A DNA stretch of 34,601 nucleotides from Chiloscyllium plagiosum (lineage: Eukaryota). Positions within the stretch are counted from its first letter, which is position 1. Every line of letters starts with the position of its first letter. Position numbers and translations under genes: made by a program. This document shows positions 1-11,960 of this stretch, piece after piece. Location: positions 10,990-45,590 of the forward strand of contig NW_025214920.1 of NCBI RefSeq assembly GCF_004010195.1, written 5' to 3'. Below the pieces are notes generated by a model that worked only from the letters and a program-made list of their open reading frames with translations, did no database searches and was not told the origin of the DNA.

Positions 1-1078
1 GAGGTGGAGTAAGAATGATGGTGTGGTAATGTTTGTGAGAATCAGCATCATGTTAGGGATGTTTGCGGGTGAGTGGGCTTGTTGGTTTACGAGTGTGTGT
101 GGGAGTGACTGTTATGGTGCGGGAGTGCGCAGATTAATTCGCATGAAGTTGGGCGTTCATGCTGGCGAATGAGTGTGACCGTGCTGTCGTGCACATGGCA
201 ATCGAGTGTCCATGGCTAAGTGTGCAGAGGGAGTGAGCTAAAAATGGGAAAGTGTCCTGGGGAGTGTGGATGAGGGTGATGATGTGTATAGCAAGTGTAC
301 ATGACAGTGGGGAAGTGTTCATTGGAGTAACTCTGACAGTGGTAGAGTGTGCAGTGGAGGAGGCACTAAATTTGGGTGAGTGCAGGTGAGTGAGTGTGAT
401 GGTGGGGAATTGTGTTGGATAGTTTGTGTAACAGAAAGGGATCATGCAGCGGAGTGAGCATTCGGGGGCGGGTTTGTCTGGGTGAGTGAACGTGACATTG
501 GGGCAGTATTCAGTGGAGCGAAAGTGGCAGTGAGGAAGTTTGTGGGGCATGAGCTTCAAAGTGGCTGAGAGCGCAGTGACGTGAGGGTGCTGGTGGATGC
601 ATGTGTGGAAGAGGGCGTGATAGTGGTGTAGTTTGCGGGTGACACAGTGTGAAAGTGGGGGAGTGTGCAGATAGAGTGAGCGACCCGGTGGCGGAGTGTG
701 TGTGAGAGTGCCAGTGACAGTGGGGGAATTTATGGCAAAAGTGCATGCTGGTCTCGAAGTGTGCAGGAGAGTGAGTCTGATGGGGCAGGAACTTACAGCG
801 CAGTCAATGTGATAACATGAAATATGCAGGGGATTGAGTGCGAGAGAGAATGTGACAGTGGGGATGTACTCAGGCAAGTGAGCAAAACCGTGTCAGAGCG
901 TGTAACAGAATGAACGTGACGCTGGTGGAGAGTACAGGGAAGTGAGTATGATGATGTCATAGTATGCGGGCGAATTATATTGACAGTGGGAGAGTATGTA
1001 GTGGATTGCGGCTTTCGGTGTGGGAGTGTACAGGAGGATTGAGTTCGATGGGATTAAGTGCGTGGCTGAGTGAGTGGG
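1..1078 (+). repeat. Degenerate GT-rich ~32-bp satellite, block 1
   Basis: Recurring GTGGGGGAGTGTGCAG..GAGTGAGTGTGA-like units with strong G/T skew. The overlapping H/T/P/S/L-rich minus-strand ORFs reflect this composition. Confidence 0.8.
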
Positions 1079-2733
1079 ATAGACCATAGAACAATACAGC
1101 ATACGACAGGTTATTTGGCTCTCGATGTTGCACCGAAATGTGAAACTAATCTGAAGCCTATCCAAACGCCCCTGTTCAATATTCATCCATATATTTGCCC
1201 AATGACCATTTAAATGCCCTTAAATTTGACGTATCTTCTATTGTTGCTCGCAGGCTGTTTCCCGCCCCTACTACTCTCTGAATAAAGGATGTACCTCTGA
1301 TATTTATGCTCCATCAATCACCCCTCAGTTTCAAGCTATGTACCCTCGTGCTGGCTGTCACCATCCGAGGAAAAATGTTCTCACTGCCCCCCATCTCATA
1401 TGTCTCAGTGAAGCCACCTCTCAATTTTCTTCACTCTAACGAAAACAGTGTCTAGTCAATCAGACCTCCCTCGTATGACCTTCCCTCCATACCAGGCAAA
1501 ATCTGCTCTGAACCATTTTCAAAACTTCCACATCCTTCTCATAATGCGGTGACCAGGTCTTTCCGCAATACTACAACTGCAGCTAAACCAGAGTTTTATG
1601 CATCCGCAGCATGACGTCATGACTCTGAAACGCAAACACTCGATAAATAAAAGCTAACATGCCAGAATGTTTCTTAACAAATTTATCAACCTGGGTTGAT
1701 ACTTGCAGGGATTTATATTCCGAGATCTCTTCTCATCTTCACTACAAAGAATCTGACCATTAGCCCCGTATTTTGCATTTTTGTAACTCCTTACAAAGTG
1801 ATTCACCTCGAATTTCGGAATTAAAATCCATTTACCACCTCTCAGCTCACCTTGGCAGTTTATCTATGTCCCTCTGTGACTTCTACCATCCTTCGGCACT
1901 CTCCACAACTCCACCGACCTCAGTGTCACCCGCAATTTTAACAACTCATCTTCTCCACCGCCATCCAGGTCACGTTTAAAATGATAAACAGCAGTGGACA
2001 CAAAACAGATCCTTGAGGTACACCACTCGTATCGAAACGCCAAGATGAGCTTTTCCCATCAACTACCACTCACTATATTCTGTCAGCTAACTAATTTCTG
2101 ATTTTAACCGCTGCATCATTCTCAATCCGATAACACCGAATTTTGTGCAACAGCCTACCGTGGGAACCCTGCCAAATGCCTAACTGAAATCCATACTCAT
2201 CACAACAACCACTTTACTCCCATCCACCTGTTTGGTCACCTTCTCAAAGATCTGAGTAAGGTTTGTGAGGCATGAAGTACCCTTGACAAAACAGTCTTGA
2301 CTATCACTAATCATTCTTATTTCTTCCTAGATGATTTATATCCAATATGTTGTAACGTTTTCCGACACATTACCCAGAACCGAAGTAAGGCCCACTGGTT
2401 TACAATTACTAGGGTTGTCTCTCAAATCTTCTTCTTCAACAAGAGATCAACATTTGCTATCCGCCAGTCTTCTGGCACTATTTCTGTAGACAATATCGAC
2501 ATAAAGAACAACGCCAACCTCTCTTCAGTCACCTCCCTCTGATCATAGAGAATATGAGGTAAATCCCATTCGGCCCAGGGGACTTGTCGACTTTCACACT
2601 TTCACGAATAGCTAAGACCTCCTTCTTGTGAACCTCAATCTCAATTGGTCTATTTGCCGGTATCCCAGAATTTGACATGACACAATCGACTTTTTTCCAG
2701 TGTGAATACTGACAAAAATATGCTTTGAATCTA
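1079..2733 (-). mobile_element. CR1-clade LINE (HER1-like), 5'-truncated, degenerate ORF2 RT region and 3' end
   Basis: Minus-strand translations: VKVDKSPGPNGIY (~2560-2600), NPSNCKPVGLTS (~2380-2416), MDFS*AFGRVP (~2162-2195), SGVPQGSVLCPLLFII (~1980-2027) and a decayed FADDT (~1920-1940). A 3' tail lies near 1080. Confidence 0.92.
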
Positions 2734-4650
2734 TAGGTGTGTGGTAGGGAGTGTGCATGATAGTACGGGACCAACTTTGACAATGGGCTAATGTGCAGCA
2801 GTGTGTGCGTGGAGGTGGGGGAGTATGCAGTGGAGTTAGTGTGACAGTGTGCTCGTGCGTGCCAGATGTGTATTATAGTGAGGGAATATACAGGGAGTGA
2901 GCATGCATCTGCAGGAGTGTCTGGGTGAGTGGGCGTGCCGATGGGTGTTTGTGCGCGGTTGTATGCAGCGTAGAGAGCACGATGGTGAAGCAGTGTGTGG
3001 CGGACCAAGCATAGCAATGGACTTGAGTGTCACGGTTAGGGAGTGTGCTGGGAAGTGTCTGCAATATTGGGGATGTTTGAGGGTGTGACTACGTGAGGTT
3101 AGGGGAGGGTGTCCGGGAGTGCGAATGCCATTAGAGGACTATGTGGGGGACTCAGCTCGATGGTGTGGGAGTGTGCATATTGTTGAACGTAACGGTTTGT
3201 GGAAGTGTGCAAGTGCGCAAGGAAGTGTATGAAGGAGCTCGGGTCGTGTTCGGAAATTGTGTTCGGGAGTGAGAGTGATGGTGAGGATTTGTGCGGGGGA
3301 GTGACTGTGATGGTGAATGAATGTGTGGTCCAGTGAGGGTGACTGTGGGCAATTGCACGGGAGTATCCATGATGCCGGGTGAGTGTGCACAGGAGTAAGC
3401 AAGTCGATGAGGGACTGTATAGGTATCAGAGCGTGATGGCGAATGCTTGTACCAGGGATCCGCTTAATGGTGGAGGAGTTTGCAGGTGAGTGAACATAAT
3501 GGAGGGGAAGTGATCGGGATGTGTGTGTGCGTGGGAGTAAACTTGACACTGGCAGAGTGTGCAAGGGGTGAGCATGTTGTTGAATGAGTGTGCGGAAGAG
3601 TGAGAGTGGCAGTGATGGAGTGAGTGGGTTTGTTTGCAAGAGAGTGATCATGATGGTGCGGGAGTATGTGGGACACTGAGCATGATGCTGGGGGAGAGAG
3701 CGGTGTTGTCTACTGGGGAGCGAGAATGAAGGAGGACATGTGTCCTTTGCAGAGATTGGAACGCAAGTACAGGATGCAGGGTAGTGAGTGTGACGATGGG
3801 GCACTATGCAGTTGGTGAAGCAGGACGGACAAACACACTCCTGCACCATCATGCTCATTTCGCTGCAAAATCACCCATCATCATTCACACTTCCTCATCA
3901 CTTCCCCAACGTCAAGCTCACTTCCCCGCACTTTCATTCACCGTCGTACTCGATCAACTGCACACTGCCCTACCATGACATTCAATCCCCTGCGTAGTGC
4001 CCCAACATCATTTTCATTCATCCATACACCTCCTCGCCGTAAGGATGTGTACATAAGATTGAGTGTTATTTTTGTGGGAGACTGTGGTGTACTGAGCGTT
4101 ATGATTTAGAAGTGTGCGGAGCATTGAGTGTGATGATGGGAGCGTACTTGGGAGAGTGAGAATGACGGTTTGCCTGTTTGTGCCGAAATGAGTGTGAAAG
4201 TGTGGCAAAATGTAGGGCTGTGTACGGGATGCTGGCGATAATTCACGGAAGTGTGCGTGATGGTGGTCTACAGTGCAGTGGAGTGTGCAGAATGGTGTTG
4301 GTGTGTACGGAAGAAAAAGCGTGATAGTGTGGGAGTGAGTTTGGCATGTGCCTGACCATAGGGGAGTGGACATAAGGCAGGGGGACTGTGCAGGGAGTGA
4401 ACGGGATGGTGGGGAATTGAACAAGGGAGTTGTGTGATAGTGGGTGAGTGAGCAGAGGATTGTGCGCTGTGAAATGGGAGTGAGGGGACATTGAGCGTAA
4501 TAGTGGGCGAGTGAGCAGGGGAGTGTGTGTGATCGTGGTGGATTGAGCAGCGGAGTGAGAGAGACGGTGGGTGAGTGTGCAGGCAAATGAGCATGATAGT
4601 GAGGGAGTGTATCGAAGAGTTAGTGTGACGGTGTGGGAGAATGCAGGGGA
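2734..4650 (+). repeat. Degenerate GT-rich 32-bp satellite, block 2, with an inverted segment at ~3831-4040
   Basis: Four consecutive 32-bp units can be read from 4501 (tagtgggcgagtgagcaggggagtgtgtgtga / tcgtggtggattgagcagcggagtgagagaga / cggtgggtgagtgtgcaggcaaatgagcatga / tagtgagggagtgtatcgaagagttagtgtga). 3831-4040 is the CA-rich complement. Confidence 0.85.
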
Positions 4651-5180
4651 GGAACAAAAAAAATCTCGGTTTTTCTGAACTGGAATAGAACTCCAGCTGC
4701 GGTTCTGCAAGCGGTGAGTCCGAACCGCGAGATCATTAATGGTGACTATAGGGGTCTTGCATCGTTTCTTCATGACACAGCCTTTGGGGTTTTTTTCACT
4801 GGAGATATGTTTTTCCTCCAAAATGATAGATTCCTCAAGTGTCCACAGGAAGGAGAAAAGGCACATTAACCCAGTTACCCACACCTGCCCTGCAGTCTTA
4901 AGTGCTTTGACGTTACAAATGCTCATCTGAATTTAATTTTCCCTGTAACATTTTAATCTAAAGCGACATAATGAGAGTGAAGTTTTTGCCCTCTTGAGGA
5001 ACTGAACCTCAATTTCACCCACAGAGGGACACACACAGACACATTTCCCCCAGAGTGACAGAGGACCAATGAGAGACAAAACCCCAGAAATTAGAATTTC
5101 ACCCACTTAGCCTATATTGTGTTCAGTCTTCTAAACGAGAGTCTGGTTATAGAAGGGACAGAAAACATGTGGTCACTCAC

Positions 5181-5319
5181 GTGTCCGCGTTCATCCCCCA
5201 TCATACTGCAGGTTATACTTCTTCACCTCGCTCTTCCTGCCAAACGGCAACATTGCTCACGTTATGTGCTTCCTGTCCATCCGCACCGTCTTCCTCAAAT
5301 CTAAGCAAATCTAATAAAA
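5181..5319 (-). other. Candidate orphan exon (139 bp), product unknown
   Basis: Minus strand: acceptor tttgtctctgtttcag| and donor cac|gtgagt. An internal ATG reads MLPFGRKSEVKKYNLQYDGDERGH open to the donor. Confidence 0.3.
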
Positions 5320-5461
5320 CTGAAACAGAGACAAAGTGATCATGTCTCGAAAACGACAGAATGCAATGCTGAATGAGACAGTGTCCACGCTGATATAAAT
5401 TGAGATCTTCCTGAATCTTTACTCTGGTCAATTTTGCAGATACATATTCACACAAATAATT

Positions 5462-5642
5462 TTAGAAGCAAAAACGGACCATTCACCTCATCAGGCTTGT
5501 TCCGCAACTTCATCAGCTCATGTCAGATTCAATAATCCCGAACTGCTCTCTCCTGAATTTCTGTATAACCCTTCACAGCTTTACTGATTAAAACTCTGTC
5601 GATCTCATCCTTGAATATTCATAATAACCCAGATCTACAGCT
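5462..5642 (-). mobile_element. CR1-type LINE 3'-end fragment
   Basis: Resembles the reverse complement of shark CR1 3' ends (...ataaccctt...ttactgattaaaactctgtcgatctcatccttgaatat...). Confidence 0.65.
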
Positions 5643-6319
5643 GCAATTAACAGTGTTTAGAATTAAGTGTAGGAACCAGATCGTGATTATTAGCAGAAAA
5701 GTAGGTGATGGATATTGGCTGGAGGGCAATGCTCTCTCCAAATTATGGTAACATGACACAAAGCTTTCAAACCAAACTGAAATGTTCTAATATTGAGCTA
5801 CCCCTAGAATGTAGACAGTGGTACAGTCTTAAAATCATAAACCATCACTATTCAGTTTCAAATATCTATGGAAAGATAATAGCTCAGCCAGACACTCCTT
5901 CTTAGATCTAACAGCCAAATCCAAAAAAAAATCAAATCAACCAGTGTGCATTCAAATAAGCTCCATAAACAAAGCAAAGATATATTGGCTTAACGTCTAA
6001 GTGCGAAATCAAATCACTTGATCATTCAGTCAGAAGTATATTGTATTATTAAGTGCCTTTAATATTTCAGAAATGGAAATTTGCAAATTACTTTCAAATT
6101 TTTAAACCAATAAATGGAAAACAATTCAAACACTAAACGTGTATCATTATAGTCGGTCAGCAATAGAGAGACCAACCTCTAAATTTGGATTTGGCACTGA
6201 ACAATCTCATTCCCGCGTGATTTCTGCACATTCCCAGGTCTGGCATACCCGTCCTTATACTGTATCCAGCCGGGCTTTCCTGAAGACCCAATGGGATCAG
6301 AAGTTTGGGGTGTAACCCT

Positions 6320-6560
6320 GTCTGCTGGCAGCTGCATATAATTACCCAACATCGACATGAGCCGAACATCTTGATAACTGTCAGATTGATTGGACAAAAT
6401 ACCATTACTAATACGCGCACCCTTGGGCTTAATAATCTTCAATGTTCCCACAAGGCTTCAAAATATTAAAAGCATTGTGAAGAGTCAGTGTATATTAGTA
6501 GATTTTCGTTTTGATAGAATGAAAGCATGTTGATTCCAAAAGTCAGCTCCGAGGTAACGT
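6320..6560 (-). mobile_element. Degenerate retroviral-type pol remnant (RNase H domain), ERV-like
   Basis: Motifs appear in the correct order across frameshifts: SEL, AFILSKRKSTN/IYTDS (IYTDS at 6481-6495), FEALWEH*RLLS, KGARISNG, PINLTVIK/CSAH (CSAH at 6357-6368), VDV/GN..AD. Confidence 0.62.
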
Positions 6561-7472
6561 AAAAGACACATCACTTCACATTGGCTACATTTCAACAGTA
6601 AAAGCAATGGCTCGGCATTTGTCCATGGCATTTTTGATGTCTTGTTGCCAGTCTCTGCCTGTCCCCATTTTCAGAATCCCCTCGGGAACAGGTTGTATAG
6701 CAGTTGTCGTCGAGTCGGGCAAGTGAGATAGGTTCCGCCTCCAGTGGGTGTCCTGGTTCCAGTCAACCTTATCAGGGCTGGCATACAGCATTTGGGATCC
6801 CGAGGGCACTGGATATAATTTGTTTTACCGCTAACTTGCATCATGGTTCAGTCTAGTTCTGGCCACCTCAACGCAAAAGCACCACTCACCTCATTTGCGA
6901 GTGGAAACTCCTAGACTGGTTCGCACTGTTCTGGATCCTGTCAGTGACTCCAGGAGGAAAATATTGAAAAGCATTCCGTTAAATAGAGGAAATTGAGCTT
7001 CTTGATTATTGTTCGTCACTTATTTGTCACTTTCATCAGACAGATAGACACATTTTTCAGTGTTGTAACACAAACCATTCGAACTCATGGTTTTCCCAAA
7101 ATTTTACAGCATTTACATTCGTATCACCCTTGGTCTTATTGAGCAAATTGTGCCGGTTTGGTCTTGCAGTCAGGGGCATGCTTCAATGTTAACTCTAAGT
7201 CATGGGATGCGGCCGGTGTAGGATGTTGCAGTCCACTTATCCCCATGATATCGGCTATGAAGACTGGAAGTTTCATTTTACAAAGAAGGAAAGATTTGCA
7301 GAAAGTAGGTCGTTTAAATTATGGCTGGGGACAATCAGGTGATGGTAGGGTCTCATTGAGTATACAGGAACGAACTCCTATTCCACAAAAAGGGTCGGTA
7401 TGCCAGACGGGGGCTCGGGATTCCTGGGAGAATCAAAGTTCATTATTTTGTAGCATTGTTGCTTTAAAATTG

Positions 7473-7547
7473 TTTATATATTCCTCAACTTCCGTGACAT
7501 TAATTACATGAAGAATAGAAACAAGCGCCCCGCCAATTACTTATTGG
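7473..7547 (-). promoter_or_regulatory. Pol II promoter-like motif cluster
   Basis: Minus strand 5'->3': CCAAT (7543-7547), inverted CCAAT (7533-7537), GC box ggcggggcgc (7525-7534), ETS-like acggaagt (7488-7495), TATA tatataaa (7473-7480). Confidence 0.3.
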
Positions 7548-7915
7548 TTCGGGTTAATACAATTACTTATTATAAATATTTTAAAATATTATTATAAAAT
7601 AATAAATTAAAAAGTCGTTGTCTATAATTCAGGGTGGCAACCCAACAAGTGATTGAAACATTTCAAAAACGGTATTCTGCTGCTCTATTGTTATTAAATC
7701 ATTCCCTTCCCTTCTGTTGTTGATCTCCTTGCGTTTATGTTCATTTTAACCTTATTAAACCAATTTATCGATTTACATTTGTCTAACTTTAAAGCCTGTT
7801 CCTAACTATACCTTTTAGAACCTTGATTGTAATAATCCGAAAGCTAGTTTTAGGATTAGAATTTTCATCTATTCAAAAATTGCAAGAGGAGAATATCTAA
7901 ATAGGTGATTTGTCT

Positions 7916-8200
7916 CGTTCACTTATCCTGATCACTGCATCACATGGCTGTGACATTATGGCGCCTACTCACTCCATGGTAATGGGGCAGTGATGCTACA
8001 AAAGAAATAGTGATTGATTTATCACCTTATTCTTCGATATGTTTGGCAGTCCATATTGTCAAAAGGGTGCAATGCTGTGTGACAGCACTGCCTGTGTAAG
8101 TCAGGCAGTAGTCCTTTTTCGTTTGTTAGGGACACTTGATCATATGGATAAAATGCAGTTTGGCGTTTGGGGAGAACGCTCAGTGCAGTGGTAGCAAGCA
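7916..8200 (-). pseudogene. Possible decayed Ly6/uPAR (three-finger) domain
   Basis: Frameshifted minus-strand translation: CYHCTERSPQTPNC..IKCP*QTKKDYCLTYTGSAVTQHC...HNVTAM*CSDQDK(tg)N, which resembles CYxC...C..C..C..C...CCxxDxCN. Confidence 0.3.
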
Positions 8201-9239
8201 CACATTATGCATTACTGAGTGGGGATCGAGCTGAAGAAGAGTCCGGAAAACAAGTTTCTATTTATTTTTGTGAACCCTGGATGATCAACAGGGTTTAGTT
8301 CTCTTTGTCTTATACTGAGAGCAGTTCTCCTCTGTGGTAATAGATCACTGATTATTATGCTTACAATATATATCTGAATAACATGTAAAATTTTATTTTC
8401 TTACACTCATCAATATAAATTGGAAATTCATTTATTCAGTATTTAATATTTAAAATGTGTAATGTATACCGTTCACAACTTTAAAATCCACGATAATTAA
8501 CTTGTTTTAGCCCCTTAATTTAAATCCAAGATGACATTTCTTAAGTGGTCCTGACCAGTCATTGTTCATTTAGAATGCTATTGGTCGTGAAATAACTGGA
8601 GCTGCTTTAAAAGGTCTTGTCTATTCAAATGAAAAAAAAACTTCAAATGCTGGAATAACGGCGGAATCTAAAGACACAGATATTAAGCATAGGATATTCA
8701 TTTATCACAACCTGATGTTAAATTAAAACATCAATCGTCGTTGAGCGAGGGGACTCCCTCAATAAGACGACAACTGGCCTTACCAATAATCATCATGTTC
8801 CACAACAGTCTTAAAATTAAATGGAAACAAACGATTCTGAAACAACGAAAAAACTATAATGTCGTCTTCCTCCGTATTGAACTGATTCGAAATTGACTAA
8901 GCTTGGCTTTCATGTGAGGATAAAAGAGATTAGTTAGAAACTGACAGTGAGGCAGTCATGAACTCTAAAAGGAACAGGAGTTGATATTTTACTTTATAAT
9001 CACTGAAAGAGCATTTACCGTAAAATAAGTTATGTTAAATTTCCAAAATGAAAATCAGATTCAAAACAATCCCGGGTGTCCCGGGATTCATATTATGAAA
9101 AATCCATTGTTTTCTTTTATTTCTAAATACAACTAACTTCGCTAACCATCAGTTCAAGTCTCAGAGTGAAATCATTACTTGCAGTCATTTTGACGTGTTA
9201 TTTTCAATTGAAAAGCCATTTTTTGGTTCATAAAAATCT

Positions 9240-9535
9240 ACATATACTTGTCATGGGTAAATGCAGGTGGGGAATACATTGATCGCTTGGAGACGAGGGT
9301 GTACTGGAGAGAATAGGAAAGGCGATGGACATTCCAAGAGGGTGTGCCGAGTTGGAGACAAAAGATTGGAATAATATGAGGGGAGGTGGAATGAGGAAAC
9401 TGATGAAATCCACATTAATCCCGTGTGGTTTCAGATTCGCAAGGCGGAAGATGCGGTGTTCTATCTTCAGCCGTCGGGTGGTTAGGTTTTGGTGATGGAG
9501 CAGGCCCAGGACTTGCATCTCCATGGTATAATGTT
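9240..9535 (-). mobile_element. Penelope-like element 3' fragment (GIY-YIG C-terminus)
   Basis: ORF 9228..9548 contains QVLGLLHHQNLTTRRLKIEHRIFRLANLKPHGINVDF, matching the PLE end motif RxLEEx(R/H)LIFRLGTLxPxGxN. Confidence 0.85.
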
Positions 9536-9640
9536 CGCGGGATAACAAGTTGCGTCACAGATGAGCTTCCAGTACATATCCACAATATCATTACGATCAT
9601 ATTATTACATTCCAGGAACAGAAAGTGCCTCTAGTCCAAA

Positions 9641-9851
9641 TCAGGAGAAAGTGTGGACTGCAGATGCTAGAGATCAGAGGCAAAAGGTGTGGCGCTGGAA
9701 AAGGACAGCAGGTCAGGCAACATCTGAGGACCTGGAGAGTCGACGTCTCCAGCATTGCTGATGAAGAGCTTATGCTTGAAATATCGACTTTCCTGCTCCA
9801 CAGATGCTTCCTGACCGGCTGTGAATTCCCAGAACCACATGTTTTGATTCT
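9641..9851. mobile_element. Non-autonomous palindromic element built from Penelope-like termini
   Basis: Imperfect inverted arms at ~9687-9750 and ~9778-9840 (cagcaggtcaggcaacatctg versus cagatgcttcctgaccggctg). It begins with ggagaaagtgtggactgcagatgct, a PLE-terminus-like motif. Confidence 0.75.
9758..9795 (+). ncRNA. Minimal hammerhead-ribozyme-like core (degenerate)
   Basis: CTGATGA-A-[GAGC TTAT GCTT]-GAAA-tatcgac-TTTC: both core boxes, a 4-bp stem II and a downstream NUH candidate. Confidence 0.55.
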
Positions 9852-10634
9852 AGCTCCCCTTAGGTCGTCTGCATCGGAAATTTAAAAATGCACTTGTCAC
9901 CACTCCGCTTGATTCTTCTGTCACATGTTTAACAGCCTGCAACATGCTGTTCCTCATACACCTCTGTTCATCCAGAACACGAAACAACAAAATAAATAAT
10001 TGTGGAAGCTGGAAATCTGAAAGAAACCAATAATTAGTTCAGTTGAATGGTTGACCATTAAATTGAGAGCAGTAAAAGAGAAATCTGCAGTTTAATTACA
10101 GCTACACTCAGTTTCTCAAAAATAAATGATTTTATGAAGTGTCGAGTTTTGATCAGGTAATTTAGTCTGATTTACTCAAATGCTGATGGGAATGGAGAAT
10201 AAATGCTCACCGAGCTACTGCTGAACAAATGAAAAAAAAAACCTTTTGACTTTCGAATCAGTTGCTGTCCTTGCAGACCAAGACAACATGATTCATAATC
10301 CAGCACAACTAGATCCCTCTGCAATGTAGAGTCGGACAACATCTTATTTAAATTAAAACACCTTTATTGCTTGTTCCTGACAAGCATCATAGTCTCCACC
10401 TTATACTGCATTCGATAATATTTTACCCACTGACTTGCTCACCTCTACGTCACTCAACGTAAATAGCCCTAATGCTCCTTTCTCGACTTATTTTCCGATT
10501 TATTTGCACCAAGAAAATGCACCAAGAAAGGAGCACTGAGCTGAGCTGATGCCTTTTGGAAATCCAAATATTCTTCTGGCACTCACTTGTTTATTGAGTT
10601 TCAGTGTATGTCACTTTAAACCTCTGCCAATTTG

Positions 10635-10995
10635 TTTTGAACGCCAGCATCCTGTGGAAAAGACTTAGTCCAGTCACATATCCATGCCCTTCTTGATTTT
10701 GTAAACGTCTTAAAGGGTGCGCCTTAGCCTGGAACAGTCCAGGGACCAGCAGTTCCGAGACTGCCCAATCAGATTCTCCTTATTACTCAAGTCCTGTCGT
10801 CCCATTGCAAATTTCACAGCATTCTTCCCGGAGACGGTGACCAGATTTGTACGCAGTATTCTAAATGTGGCCTCACCAATGTTCTGTCCAGCCACAACGT
10901 AACATCCCATATCCGATAATCTATATTCATACTCATAAAAGCAAGCGGGCCAAATGCTTTCTTTACCAAAGTTTCTACCATTGATATCATTTTAC
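10635..10995 (-). mobile_element. CR1 LINE 3' ORF2 fragment
   Basis: The reverse strand resembles LVRPHLEYCVQFWSP (ggtgaggccacatttagaatactgcgtacaaatctggtcacc) followed by 3'-end-type sequence. Confidence 0.8.
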
Positions 10996-10999
10996 CTGC

Positions 11000-11960
11000 T
11001 CGATAATTTTTGCCTTGACTGATAAAGTCATGTTTGTCTTCTCAACCACGATATTCTGCTGCTTTCATGGATCTGTGAACCAGCATGCAAGGTTTCTCTG
11101 TGTTTCCCAGTGTCCTGCCGTGAATTGAATACTCCCTTGACGTGTTACTCCCAAAGTGCAACACCTCACGTTTATCATAGTTAATTTCAACTCCCACTAT
11201 CTACTCATTCTGCATCTATAAGCTCCTGGAAACTAAGACTTCATTCCTCACTGTTGACCACTTTGCAAATCTTCGCATGGTCTGCAAATTTACTTATCAT
11301 TTCCATCACATTTTTTCCCTATATTCTTGATAAAAAATCATAAGCAATAAGGGACCCAACTTTGATCCTTGGGTACACCGCTGAATACCAGCTTTCAGTC
11401 ACATAAACAGCATTCTATCACCATCCTTTGTCTCCTCCCAACAAACTTGCCATGTGACCCTGGATAACTTTTAATTGTTACCCTGTCATCAGTCTCCCGC
11501 GTGGGCCGTTGTCAAAGGTTTTTCTGAAATCCACATAAACTACATCAACTTCACTACCCTCGTTTACATACCTGATCAGTTCCCAAAACAATATTTAATC
11601 AGATCTGTTAGGCATGACCTTCCCTGCTTACTCTCCCTGATCTAACCTTACCTGGACAAGTGGTATTTAATTCTCTTCTTCAGAGGCTCTCTCAAAGTTT
11701 CCTGACCACTGATGTGAGACTCCCTGCTCTGTAATTCCCTGATTTATCTCTACCATCCTTGTTTAAAATTGGAACGGCATTAGTAATCCTGCAGTCCTGT
11801 ACCAACTCGCCTGTGGCCAAAGAAGTATGCAAAACATTGGTCAGATCATCTGCAATTTCCTCTCTTGTCTCACAGAGCAACGTGAGATACAACTCCATCC
11901 TGAACTAGGGATTTGCTCATTTTAAGCCGGTCAGAACCTCCAATACCATCTCTGCCCCTG
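11000..11960 (-). mobile_element. CR1 LINE RT fragment
   Basis: ORF 11692..11898 (ETREEIADDL..SLATGELVQDCRITNAVPILNKDGRDKSGNYRAGSLTSVV), VYVDFRKTFDNGP (~11502-11540), SGVP (~11370-11383) and SKFADHAK (~11271-11294). Confidence 0.9.

Noticed and set aside
134..4657. Long minus-strand ORFs rich in H/T/P/S/L (up to 247 aa)
   Set aside because: They are translations of the CA-rich strand of the 32-bp satellite, open in several overlapping frames, with no domain.
6238..7408. 12-bp inverted repeat gtctggcatacc/ggtatgccagac as transposon TIRs
   Set aside because: A match this short is plausible by chance. No TSD or transposase was seen.
7630..7915. RT-like words on the minus strand (ITYLDILLL, GFKV, FQSLVGL)
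   Set aside because: The catalytic YxDD is absent, there are many stops, and it competes with the Ly6-like reading nearby. Not supportable by eye.
8620..10365. Shared words caaatgaaaaaaaaa and ttaaattaaaaca at ~8627-8730 and ~10226-10360
   Set aside because: Low-complexity AT-rich matches. The intervening sequence does not align convincingly.
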